This document shows, piece after piece, positions 9,718 to 18,928 of a stretch of 64,000 nt of DNA. The DNA is from an uncultured bacterium (lineage in GTDB: Bacteria > Patescibacteriota > Minisyncoccia > Moranbacterales > GWC2-37-73). Positions within the stretch are counted from its first letter, which is position 1, and every line of letters begins with the position of its first letter. The translations under genes and the position numbers were made by a program. Below the pieces are notes generated by a model. The model saw only the letters and a program-made list of their open reading frames with translations, made no database searches and was not told the DNA's origin. The stretch covers positions 28,289-92,288 of the forward strand of contig CAINNK010000045.1 of NCBI GenBank assembly GCA_903851135.1, given 5' to 3'.

Positions 9718-11217
9718 ATGGCATTTTTCAATAAAATTTTTCCTGGAATTAATTTTGCAGATGAGCAAAATTCAAAAAAAGAAAATTTAGCAAAAACAAA
9801 AAATCCAAACTTGACGAAGAAAGTTCCAATCTTAATTACTGATGGCGGTAAAGCTGCTGCCGGAAAAGCTGCTCCGCAAAAGATTCAAAAAACTGATCCA
9901 GAAAAAATGGAAAAAGATTTGGCCAGGCTTGTTGAAGTTGCCAACACTTTCGCGGATGAATATGAAAATAGGATCAACAAGGTGCTTGACTCGAAAAATT
10001 TCAACGATGAGCAGCTTGCTGTTATTGAAGAAGAAATCAATCCAGTTTTTGACGCACTGTGGAATTTTGTTCAGCGTTATGATCAGGGTGAGCGATCGTC
10101 TGAAATTTTCAATGGGTTGCGAGATTGCATGCGCAATGCAGAAGCTTTTTTGTTGGAACTTTCACAGTTTCAAAATGAAGGCAAACAAATTATTTTAGAG
10201 GAGGAGAAAAAAAGTTCCAGTGAGGAATTGTTTCAGGTTTGTCGGACTATGGTGGTGGAAACTTTTCAATTGCTGGATGAAGAAATTGGCAGACTTTTGC
10301 CTGGGGAAGATGAGCTGCCGGAAGAAGCATATTTTTTGGACAAATTGAATGAGCTGGAATATGACAATCTGAGTGGTCAGGAAGAAGCTGAGATAGCTGA
10401 GATGCTGAGCATCTTGAAAGCGGAAATTTCCAAGAGTTGGTTGGTCAAGAAAAGGGAATTTGGCAACTATGAATTGGCATGGAAAGCTCAAAATGAAAAA
10501 AGAAGAATATCCGTCAAGGCAGAAATTGAAAATGAACAAACAATACGAGATAATGTTGAAGAAATCTCAGCGAAAAAAGAGGATGATGGTTTGATGCGAC
10601 TGAAAAACTTGGCTGAACAAATCAGAAATCGCGTGCACTACATTGACAAAAATGATTTTGCTAGAAAAGCTGTTTCAAGTAAAGACAAGGTTTATGATTT
10701 TGATTTGCGCAGGGACTTGGCTTATTTTTTGGCAAATAATCAGTTTTTGACGGAAGTGGAAGCGGGAGTTAAAATTGCAAAGACGGCGGCGGATTTTCAA
10801 AAGTTTGAAACTTTGATTTTGCAAGCAGCCGACAATGAAAATATCGGTTATGTGGTTTATGGCGAGCGAACATATATCGTGGATATTGTGGAAATTGAAA
10901 CGCAAAATGGACCCCGTGCTGCGACACAACAGCGGCAGCTGAAAACGGGCGCGGAATTCCCGATGGAATTGCTGAAGGATTTCAAAAAGACCGCCATTGT
11001 TTTTGCGGAAAATTTGAAAAAAGAATCGCAAGAGGAAGTCACGGACATCATCACACAAGAAGAGCAAACTGCTTTGATTAGAATTTTCACTAAGCGCTTT
11101 TTGCGAGAAGTGATTTCGGAGAAAGAAAATTTGCTGCAAGCAAAAATCTTTCAAAACAAAAATGAAAGGGAAAAATTTGTGGAATTTGTTTGTGAATCTA
11201 TTTTTAAGAAAGTTTAA
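9718..11217 (+). CDS. Hypothetical protein, acidic alpha-helical, 499 aa
   Basis: Preceded by a TG-extended -10 (gTGcTATAAT at 9680-9688). No recognisable domains. Confidence 0.5.
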   Translation: MAFFNKIFPGINFADEQNSKKENLAKTKNPNLTKKVPILITDGGKAAAGKAAPQKIQKTDPEKMEKDLARLVEVANTFADEYENRINKVLDSKNFNDEQLAVIEEEINPVFDALWNFVQRYDQGERSSEIFNGLRDCMRNAEAFLLELSQFQNEGKQIILEEEKKSSSEELFQVCRTMVVETFQLLDEEIGRLLPGEDELPEEAYFLDKLNELEYDNLSGQEEAEIAEMLSILKAEISKSWLVKKREFGNYELAWKAQNEKRRISVKAEIENEQTIRDNVEEISAKKEDDGLMRLKNLAEQIRNRVHYIDKNDFARKAVSSKDKVYDFDLRRDLAYFLANNQFLTEVEAGVKIAKTAADFQKFETLILQAADNENIGYVVYGERTYIVDIVEIETQNGPRAATQQRQLKTGAEFPMELLKDFKKTAIVFAENLKKESQEEVTDIITQEEQTALIRIFTKRFLREVISEKENLLQAKIFQNKNEREKFVEFVCESIFKKV

Positions 11218-11222
11218 ATATA

Positions 11223-14200
11223 TTGCTGAATAATATGGGCGAATTCAAAGGGCCACAAGCCTGGCAACAATATTTGGAAAATTCAAGCAAGAAAACCAAA
11301 GGCACTCCTGAGCAGGAGGCTGAGTTTGCAAGTGCTGAGAAAAAAACTATCGAAGAATTGTTTTCGGAAACGCAAAGTTTTGATGACATTGTGGCGGCGG
11401 CTGAAGCTGTTGGCGAAATTCAGGATGGCAAAAAAACTTATACGGCCGCAAATCTCGAAACAATTTTTGCAGCGGTAAAGAAAGATAAAAGTGCCTTGAT
11501 TAATGTGCCGGCAGTTTTCGGTTTGAGGGAGGCGGCCAGTAAAGCTTTGGAAGCAATTGCTCGATTGGAGTATGAACGAAACTTGGAAAATTTATTTGGA
11601 GAATTTAAAACCCTGTTTGAGGCTGATGATTTTACTGGAGTTTTTGAAGCAATGAAAGATAATACTGACTTTGATTTGAAAACAAAAAAAACTAAACTAG
11701 AAGATGAATATAAAAAAATAAGCAAAATATTTGAGCCTGAAAAACTGGCTAATCCTGGTGATGGAAAAACTTTAGGAGAAATTCGTGAAATTTCCGAGCA
11801 GGCAAAGGCAATGCTGGACGCCTATAAAACTAAAGCGGATAATGCTCTCGGAAATCAAGGAGTTAAAGAGTCAAAAGAAAAAATTGAGAAAAAATTTGAT
11901 CCGCAAAATATTGAACAATTATTAGCTAGAGGAGAAACCATTAAGGTTAAAATTGTAAGAGCCAATGGTCTTGAAGAGGATTGGTTGATTGATAATATAG
12001 TTGGTTCAGATGTAATTATTAGTAAAGTTGATGTTACCACGGGAAAGTCTTCAACATTAAATGAAAATCTTAGTAATCTGAAGAAGTATAATACCGATAC
12101 TTATAAGGCTAAGAAAGTAGTTGATCCAAAAGATGATGATGCAGAAAGAGCAAAAATTGAGGAGAAGGTCAAATTTGTAGAAAAATCTGAAGAGAAAAAT
12201 AAAGAGAAAAAAACTGAAAAGCAGAAACTAGAGGCTGAGCAAAGGCTGAAATTTGAATCAAAAAAAGCTGAGGTGGAAAAGAATAATGAAGGAAAAGTAA
12301 AACAGGAAAAAGACACTGAGTTAGTGGAGCGACACAAAAAAATTACTGAAACGATCAAAGAACTTGATGATTGCCGAAAAGTTTACTTGGAAAAAGATTA
12401 TGACAAAACGGCAAAATTGATCAAGATTGGAAAATTTTTCAAGGATGGTTTTGGCGAGAAAAAAGATGCTGCTCAAGAATTTAAAGACAACAGAGAAATC
12501 TCACAAAATGATAAGGAAAACAAGGATTATAAGAAGGAATATGACGATAAACTGAGAGAGCTTCAGGAATTGATTTTGGCTGATGCCAAAAAGCGAGATC
12601 TTTCAAATGAAGAATTGGCAAAACTTTATGCCAGTTTCAGAATTGAGCAAAGACTTACGCTCGCCGATGAACATGATAAAGTTAAGGTTGATAAAATAAC
12701 AGGGACTGGCTATGGTTGGGCGAAAAAGGGAATTAAAGATGTAGCTAATTGGTATCAGAAGTTGGATTGGAAATACAAACTTGCAATTGCTGGCGGACTT
12801 ATGGTAACTGGGGCTGGAGTTGCAGGTTTTACATTGGCTGGTGTCACGGTTGCAGGGGCGGGTGCTACTGCTTCATCTGTTTTTGCTGGGGTTTTGACAG
12901 GCAGAAGACTCTTTGGTGGAGTCGCGGCTGGAGTTGGTGCAAAGGGAGGACTCGAAGTTCGAGGGCAAGCGCGAGATCAAAAGGAAATTGAAAGAGAGCA
13001 AAAAAAAATCTTTGAAGAGTTGGAAAAAGTAAAAGAACAGGATAAAAAATATCAAGAACTTGCAGCTAAATTTGATGATATTATTACAAAAGAAGGGCCA
13101 GATGCTCTAAAAAAAATCAAAAATCAAGATCTTCGTCAAAATCTTTCTGCTGCTGCTACGGGGGTTTTTCTTGGATCTGGTTTAGCTGGAGAATTATTTA
13201 AAATGGGTTTTCATGGGGTTGTGGAATACTTTCAATTAGAACATGCATCTGTTGTTGGTGGCGCTAGTGCTCCTCCTTCAGCAGCAGAGCAACTAAAGGC
13301 CATAGAGGAACTTCAAGGAAAAGGAGGTGGAGCTTCATCAGGAAGTCCTGTTATTGAAAAATCTGGCATATTTTCCGGACACCATTCTATGGAAGCCCCA
13401 GCTGTCCCTGGTTCTAGTGAAACCCTGACAATCAACAAGGGTAGTAGTATTGAGGCTACTTTGAGAGATCATTTGGTGAAAAAATTCCCGGATGCGAAAA
13501 ATCAAGGAAAACTGGCGCACCAGATTTGGCATAATTATATGACTGCCAATAAAGTTTCCATTATTGAAAAAGTTGGTCAAGGTGAATATGACAAAATGCT
13601 CAAAGATGGAATGGTTAATGTTAAAGAAGGCACGAAATTGATTTTTGATGAAAGTGACCCTGGCAAATTAAAATTGGTTGATATTGGTGGAAAAATTTCT
13701 CATTTGAATGTGCATGAACACGTGGCTTCGCACGCAGACGCAGCAGCCCAGCCAATTGCGGAAGCAGCTGCTCCAGCAGTTGAGAACGTTGCCAATGATG
13801 CAGCAGGCTCAGTTCCGGTAGCTGACAGTACACCTTATAATATCGGAACAATTCCTTCAGAGCCGTATAATCCATTTGGAAATCCTGCTAGCTACGGAGA
13901 TCACTTAGCGGTGGGTAATGAAGTTGACCCTGAGATTGATACCGCGGGTTTGGTATATGCGGATGGTCATCAAAGAGTAATTAGTTCTACTGAAAAAATT
14001 ATTTTCGAGTTTGTAGATAAACGGCCATTTATTCAGAATAATCATCGAGAAGGTCTACACGCTGTTAGAAAAATATTTTTTCCAAATGCGAGGGAATATA
14101 ATTTACATAAGGGAGCAAATGTTTATGAGACAATGCAGCGTTACAAAGCAAGTTTGTCACCAAAAGGCAGAAGAATTGCGGAGGTACTTTTAAAATCAAA

Positions 14201-14276
14201 AGAATTTGCGCCTAGCGATAAAGACATTAATGTTGAGAAGTGGACAAGAGAAATAACTTCTAAACTAGCAGCTTAA
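11223..14276 (+). CDS. Large hypothetical protein (1017 aa): Lys/Glu-rich coiled coils with a central Gly/Ala-rich hydrophobic hairpin
   Basis: Long charged heptad-like stretches (KKAEVEKNNEGKVKQEKD...). The hydrophobic segment is LAIAGGLMVTGAGVAGFTLAGVTVAGAGATASSVFAGVL. Starts 6 nt after the previous gene. Confidence 0.5.
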   Translation: MLNNMGEFKGPQAWQQYLENSSKKTKGTPEQEAEFASAEKKTIEELFSETQSFDDIVAAAEAVGEIQDGKKTYTAANLETIFAAVKKDKSALINVPAVFGLREAASKALEAIARLEYERNLENLFGEFKTLFEADDFTGVFEAMKDNTDFDLKTKKTKLEDEYKKISKIFEPEKLANPGDGKTLGEIREISEQAKAMLDAYKTKADNALGNQGVKESKEKIEKKFDPQNIEQLLARGETIKVKIVRANGLEEDWLIDNIVGSDVIISKVDVTTGKSSTLNENLSNLKKYNTDTYKAKKVVDPKDDDAERAKIEEKVKFVEKSEEKNKEKKTEKQKLEAEQRLKFESKKAEVEKNNEGKVKQEKDTELVERHKKITETIKELDDCRKVYLEKDYDKTAKLIKIGKFFKDGFGEKKDAAQEFKDNREISQNDKENKDYKKEYDDKLRELQELILADAKKRDLSNEELAKLYASFRIEQRLTLADEHDKVKVDKITGTGYGWAKKGIKDVANWYQKLDWKYKLAIAGGLMVTGAGVAGFTLAGVTVAGAGATASSVFAGVLTGRRLFGGVAAGVGAKGGLEVRGQARDQKEIEREQKKIFEELEKVKEQDKKYQELAAKFDDIITKEGPDALKKIKNQDLRQNLSAAATGVFLGSGLAGELFKMGFHGVVEYFQLEHASVVGGASAPPSAAEQLKAIEELQGKGGGASSGSPVIEKSGIFSGHHSMEAPAVPGSSETLTINKGSSIEATLRDHLVKKFPDAKNQGKLAHQIWHNYMTANKVSIIEKVGQGEYDKMLKDGMVNVKEGTKLIFDESDPGKLKLVDIGGKISHLNVHEHVASHADAAAQPIAEAAAPAVENVANDAAGSVPVADSTPYNIGTIPSEPYNPFGNPASYGDHLAVGNEVDPEIDTAGLVYADGHQRVISSTEKIIFEFVDKRPFIQNNHREGLHAVRKIFFPNAREYNLHKGANVYETMQRYKASLSPKGRRIAEVLLKSKEFAPSDKDINVEKWTREITSKLAA

Positions 14277-14447
14277 AATAAATAATTTTAAAACAAACAT
14301 TCACCCTGTCAAATAATTTTAAAAAATTACTATTTTTTAAAATTAAGATTGGGGTTTATAATAAAAACGTGAAAACTGTTTAAAATAAAAATTATCACAA
14401 GTAAGTTGTGTCTCCCTGTTGAGACCCAATCTTATTTAACAGGGTAT

Positions 14448-14774
14448 ATGACCGATCAAAACGAAGAAATCAACAGTGCGCAGCAGCAGGCCCTTTCGCA
14501 ACTTATTAAGGATTTGGGAATTGACAGTCTGCCGCAGGACAAGCAAAATGAACTTGTCATTAAAATGACCGAAATCTTGCTCAAGCGGATTTTTCTGGAA
14601 ACTATGGATAAATTGGGCGAGCAAGGACGCGAGGAATATGAAAAAATGTCGCAAGGTGAAATTGAACCAGAGCAAGTAGCGGCTTTTTTCAAGGAAAGAA
14701 TCAATAATTACGACGGTCTAGTAGAAGCTATCGTCAAAGATTTTCGCGAAGAAATGTTGGGAGCAAATCAGTAA
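14448..14774 (+). CDS. Hypothetical small acidic protein (109 aa)
   Basis: The ORF track starts at TTG 14406. An in-frame ATG at 14448 (MTDQNEE...) is the more plausible start. Confidence 0.4.
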   Translation: MTDQNEEINSAQQQALSQLIKDLGIDSLPQDKQNELVIKMTEILLKRIFLETMDKLGEQGREEYEKMSQGEIEPEQVAAFFKERINNYDGLVEAIVKDFREEMLGANQ

Positions 14775-14818
14775 TTAGTAGCTAGTAATCAGTAACCAGT
14801 AATTCGGAAATTAAAAAT

Positions 14819-15253
14819 ATGAAAAGTAATTTGGAACCAATTGAAGATAACGACTTGGATTTTGAAGCAAGGTTTAGAAGACCAGCAAACGACAATTTTC
14901 AGGAGAAAGAGATTCCAATTCATGCGGCAGAAAAAGAAATGTCGACAGAGGTCAGTTCAGCTGAAAATGATTCAGCTTATGGCAAAATTCTTTCAAAAGT
15001 TCAGGCACAAACTGATGATGATGTTAATCAGGATGAACTTTCTCAGGATGCTCAAGCCTTGGCTCAAAAAACCGATGCACAATCGAGAGTCAGTTATCTG
15101 ATTGACATTGCTGGACAAAAGGGGGTTGTCTATGCAGTGAAAGTTGCCCGTCAAATGGAAGACAATTATGTTTTGGACAATTTTCATGACAAACTTTTGG
15201 GCAGTGAATTGCACGATGCTTTGGTGGCAAGGGGAATGATTAAAGAACTTTAA
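14819..15253 (+). CDS. Hypothetical acidic protein (144 aa)
   Basis: Open frame in operon context; no motifs. Confidence 0.4.
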   Translation: MKSNLEPIEDNDLDFEARFRRPANDNFQEKEIPIHAAEKEMSTEVSSAENDSAYGKILSKVQAQTDDDVNQDELSQDAQALAQKTDAQSRVSYLIDIAGQKGVVYAVKVARQMEDNYVLDNFHDKLLGSELHDALVARGMIKEL

Positions 15254-15387
15254 AAAGTTTCTGTAAAACTTTTTAAAGAATTTTTAATTTAAAATTTTTA
15301 ATTTAAAATGAAATCTAAATTCAAGAAATTCTGAAAATTAGGGAATTTAATTGATTTAAAATTTAGGCGTTTAAAATTTAATAAAAA

Positions 15388-15410
15388 TTTCAAATTTCAA
15401 ATTTCAAATT
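15388..15410. repeat. Tandem heptamer (CAAATTT)x3-4 in AT-rich spacer
   Basis: The same heptamer array recurs at 31768-31798 and in related form at 39561-39588. A (TTTTTAA)x4 array lies at 39450-39478. Confidence 0.6.
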
Positions 15411-15443
15411 GATTTTAAAATATAAAAAACAAAAATAATACAA

Positions 15444-17924
15444 ATGGACACTCTTGATCTGAATATTTTTATCGTTCCATTGATGTGGTTTTTCTCAATC
15501 GCAGTTTTTGGCAGTGGAATTTTTATGATTCTGCGCAGTTGGTTGAATTTTCGCGCACAGGTGAATCGTAGCATGAACATGGATTTGGAAGTTGTTAGGG
15601 TGACCAAAATTTTCAAAGATAAGAATGAAAAAGCTGGGGATAATCAATCCTGGAAGGAGGAAATTGGTGCGATGGAACAATTACTTGTGACGCTGGCTAG
15701 TATTAAAGAAAAAAAATCCATTCTGGGTCATCTTTTATATAGTGAGCCGTATCTTGCGCTTGAAATTGCCAATCCCTCTAGTAGTGAGGAAATCTTTTTC
15801 TATTTGGCTGTTCCACGCAAATTTCGTGAAAGTATTGAAAAGCAAGTACATAGTTATTTTCCAAACGCTTCGGTGGAAAAAGTTCCAGACTACACAATTT
15901 TCATGCCTGGCAGTTTCACGGCGGCAGCTTCACTGACTTTGAAGCGGGGTCATGCTCTGCCAATTACAACCTATGAGCACATGGACATTGATCCGCTTAA
16001 TGAAATTTCAAACGCTTTGAGCAAATTGGAAACTTTGGATGAAGGGGCGGTGATTCAACTGATCTTGCGACCAGCCGGTAAGGCTTGGCGAAGGCATGGC
16101 AAGGAAATTGCTCACAAAATGCAACAAGGTCAACAACTTAAGGACGCCAACAGTTCCTTGGCAATGGAGCTTGGCAAAGGCGCTATTCAAGTTTTTAGAA
16201 CTAGCAATAATTCGGAAAATCAATTTCAAAAAGGCACGGTTCAACTTACACCAGAAGAGCAAGAATTGCTCAAGAAAATTGAAACCAAATCCAACAAGGT
16301 TGGCTTTAGGGTGAACATTCGGTTGCTCGCCTCAGCCAGAACTCAACAGCGCGCTGATGAAGTGTTGGCTCACATTGAAAATTCCTTTGCTCAGTTTGAA
16401 AATCATGAAGTCAATCATTTTATTGTCAAAAAAAGATTAAAGGGCAAAAAGATTGCCTATGATTATATCTTTAGGAATTTTGACGAAGATAATTCAGTGA
16501 TTCTCTCTACGGAAGAGATTTCCAGTATTTTTCATTTTCCAATCTCTACCACAGAAACTCCGAAAATAAAATGGCTCAAATCCGGAGCGGCGCCACCGCC
16601 AATGAATATTCCCGAGACTGGAATTTTGCTGGGCTATAATGATTATCGGGGTGCAAGAACTGAAATAAGACTAAGCGACAATGATCGACGTCGGCATCTT
16701 TATGCTATTGGGCAAACTGGAACGGGAAAATCTAATTTTCTCCAAGAAATGGCCAAGCAAGATGCGAAAAATGGCAAAGGTTTTTGCTTTATTGATCCTC
16801 ATGGTGATGCGATTGAAGATATTCTGACTTCCATTCCCAAAGAGCGTGCGGAAGATGTGATCATTTTTGATCCTTCTGATATGGAACGCCCATTTGGACT
16901 AAATATGCTTGAATATGATCCGATGCATCCCGAACAAAAAACTTTTGTGATCAATGAAATGATTGGAATTTTCGATCAACTCTATGATTTGAAAGCCACT
17001 GGTGGTCCGATGTTTGAGCAATATGTGCGCAATGCGATGCTTTTGATTATGGAGGACCCGGAATCCGGCAGTACTTTGATGGAAATTTCCAAGGTGTTGG
17101 CTGATGAAGATTTTCGCAAGATGAAACTGACCAAATGCAAAAATCCCGTGGTGTCAGATTTTTGGATCAAGGAAGCTGAAAAGGCTGGAGGGGATGCAGC
17201 CCTGGCCAATATGGTGCCTTACATTACTTCAAAGCTTACAACTTTTGTTTCCAATGACATGATGCGCCCAATCATCGCACAGCAAAAAAGTACGCTCAAT
17301 TTTCGAGAAATCATGGATGATGGAAAAATTTTGTTGGTGAAGCTTTCCAAGGGAAAAATTGGCGAAATCAATGCGCATCTTTTGGGAATGGTGATTGTGG
17401 GGAAAATTTTGATGAACGCTTTGGCCCGTGGGGACATGCCGGAAGATCAAAGGCGAGATTTCTATCTTTATTTGGATGAATTTCAAAATGTCACCACAAA
17501 TTCAATTTCGCAAATTCTTTCTGAGGCGCGAAAATATCGTCTGTGTTTGGTGATTGCCCATCAATTTATTGGACAACTTAGTGAACCAATTTCTAAGGCG
17601 GTTTTCGGTAACGTTGGCTCAATGATTGCCTTGCGAGTCGGTCCGGAAGATGGGGAATTTTTGGAAAAACAATTTGCGCCAATTTTTTCAGCTAGCGACT
17701 TGGTTAATGTTGACAACTACAAAGGTTTTGCGCGGGTGCTGCTTAATGGCGAACTTTCCAAACCTTTTAATGTTAATTTTTATCCCCCAACGCGAGGCAA
17801 TCAGGAAATCGCAAATTATCTCAAGGAACTTTCTCGTCTCAAATATGGTCGCGACGCTGAAATCGTCAATCGTGAAATCATGGAACGCGCCAAATTTGCC
17901 CGACAAGCGAGTTCAGGTTTTTAG
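15444..17924 (+). CDS. Membrane-anchored P-loop ATPase of the FtsK/HerA/TraD-VirD4 clade (T4SS coupling-protein-like)
   Basis: N-terminal TM. Walker A LYAIGQTGTGKSNF, followed by the FIDPHGD box, then Walker B FYLYLDEFQN. Size 826 aa. Confidence 0.6.
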   Translation: MDTLDLNIFIVPLMWFFSIAVFGSGIFMILRSWLNFRAQVNRSMNMDLEVVRVTKIFKDKNEKAGDNQSWKEEIGAMEQLLVTLASIKEKKSILGHLLYSEPYLALEIANPSSSEEIFFYLAVPRKFRESIEKQVHSYFPNASVEKVPDYTIFMPGSFTAAASLTLKRGHALPITTYEHMDIDPLNEISNALSKLETLDEGAVIQLILRPAGKAWRRHGKEIAHKMQQGQQLKDANSSLAMELGKGAIQVFRTSNNSENQFQKGTVQLTPEEQELLKKIETKSNKVGFRVNIRLLASARTQQRADEVLAHIENSFAQFENHEVNHFIVKKRLKGKKIAYDYIFRNFDEDNSVILSTEEISSIFHFPISTTETPKIKWLKSGAAPPPMNIPETGILLGYNDYRGARTEIRLSDNDRRRHLYAIGQTGTGKSNFLQEMAKQDAKNGKGFCFIDPHGDAIEDILTSIPKERAEDVIIFDPSDMERPFGLNMLEYDPMHPEQKTFVINEMIGIFDQLYDLKATGGPMFEQYVRNAMLLIMEDPESGSTLMEISKVLADEDFRKMKLTKCKNPVVSDFWIKEAEKAGGDAALANMVPYITSKLTTFVSNDMMRPIIAQQKSTLNFREIMDDGKILLVKLSKGKIGEINAHLLGMVIVGKILMNALARGDMPEDQRRDFYLYLDEFQNVTTNSISQILSEARKYRLCLVIAHQFIGQLSEPISKAVFGNVGSMIALRVGPEDGEFLEKQFAPIFSASDLVNVDNYKGFARVLLNGELSKPFNVNFYPPTRGNQEIANYLKELSRLKYGRDAEIVNREIMERAKFARQASSGF

Positions 17925-18002
17925 CCCCAGTGGCGCTTGCCACGGGGTAAACGTTCTTAGCTTTTTGGTGGCATTGTTCTTTCTGTGTATTTATGCTAGA
18001 AT

Positions 18003-18425
18003 ATGGCTATGAAAGCGATAAATGAGGAAAAATTAAGAGAAATTGCCCAAAAGCACGAGTTGAAATTGTTGCTGGTTTTTGGTTCGCAGGCAAGTGGAAA
18101 AACGCATAAATTTAGCGATTATGATTTTGGTTTTTTGGCTAATGCTAAGCTTAATTATCAGCAGAAAAGTGAGCTTGAAAATGATTTGGCAAAATTGGTG
18201 GCCTGTCAATTCGTGGAAGTTGTTGATTTGAAAAAAGCCTCTCCTTTTATGCTGAAAGAGATTATTAAAAATAATCAGCTTCTTTTTGAACAGGAATTTG
18301 AATATGAAAATTTCTTTTCCTATGCGGTGCGAACTTATTTGGACGCTGAAAAATTGTTCAATTTGCAAGACCAGCTTTACACCCAGACAATTAAGAAATA
18401 TAAAGAAAAAATATATGCCCAATAA
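18003..18425 (+). CDS. MNT-type nucleotidyltransferase (antitoxin of an MNT/HepT pair)
   Basis: Minimal NTase motif GSQASGK...SDYDFGFL (GS...DxD). Confidence 0.55.
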   Translation: MAMKAINEEKLREIAQKHELKLLLVFGSQASGKTHKFSDYDFGFLANAKLNYQQKSELENDLAKLVACQFVEVVDLKKASPFMLKEIIKNNQLLFEQEFEYENFFSYAVRTYLDAEKLFNLQDQLYTQTIKKYKEKIYAQ

Positions 18426-18837
18426 AGAATTACTTAGGCGGAAAATTAATAAAATTGAAAACTATATTAAGGAAATCGAACCCTTATTAGTGCTAACTAG
18501 CAACGAAATTGTCAGTGATATTTTGAAGTTGCGAACGGTGGAGCGGAATTTTCAATTAATTGTTGACACAATGCTGGATATTAATACGCACATTATTTCT
18601 AGTGAAAATCTTAAAACTCCTGAAACCTTGCAAGAAACCTTTTTAATACTTGGTGATGGTGGTGTTTTGCCAGTTGATTTCGTCAAAAAGATTGCTCCTG
18701 TGGTTGGCCTGCGAAATATTGTGGTGCATGAATATGAAAAAGTGGATAACGAAAAAATGATGCAAGACCTCAAGGACGGAATTTCCCAGTTTGGCGAGTA
18801 TCTTATCAGTATTGATAATTTTTTGCAAAAAGCTTAG
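18415..18837 (+). CDS. HepT/DUF86 HEPN-family toxin
   Basis: Overlaps the MNT gene by 11 nt. C-terminal Rx4HxY motif RNIVVHEY. The in-frame start at 18415 (MPNKELL...) is preferred over the track start at 18286. Confidence 0.55.
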   Translation: MPNKELLRRKINKIENYIKEIEPLLVLTSNEIVSDILKLRTVERNFQLIVDTMLDINTHIISSENLKTPETLQETFLILGDGGVLPVDFVKKIAPVVGLRNIVVHEYEKVDNEKMMQDLKDGISQFGEYLISIDNFLQKA

Positions 18838-18870
18838 TCTTTTTTGGAATTCAAAATATAAAAACAAAAA

Positions 18871-18899
18871 AATCCCGCTTCTTTGGAAGCGGGATTTTT
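18871..18899. terminator. Bidirectional rho-independent terminator (AATCCCGCTTC-TTTG-GAAGCGGGATTTTTG)
   Basis: Perfect stem with flanking A-run and T-run, between the convergent genes. Confidence 0.6.
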
Positions 18900-18928
18900 G
18901 AAAATAAAATAAAGAAGATGAGGAGTAT

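Noticed and set aside
14406-14447. TTG start at 14406 for the 122-aa ORF
   Set aside because: The first 14 codons encode the hairpin sequence. An ATG with an upstream AGGG lies at 14448, so the shorter ORF is preferred.
15388-15410. CRISPR array suggested by short tandem repeats (also 31768-31798 and 39450-39478)
   Set aside because: Units are 7 nt with no spacers, so they are simple microsatellite-like arrays. No cas genes were recognised.
8084-17924. Calling the operon a canonical type IV secretion system
   Set aside because: Only the coupling-type ATPase is recognisable. No VirB4-like second ATPase, VirB2 pilin, VirB6/8/9/10 signatures or relaxase could be supported from sequence. Described instead as a translocase-associated cluster.
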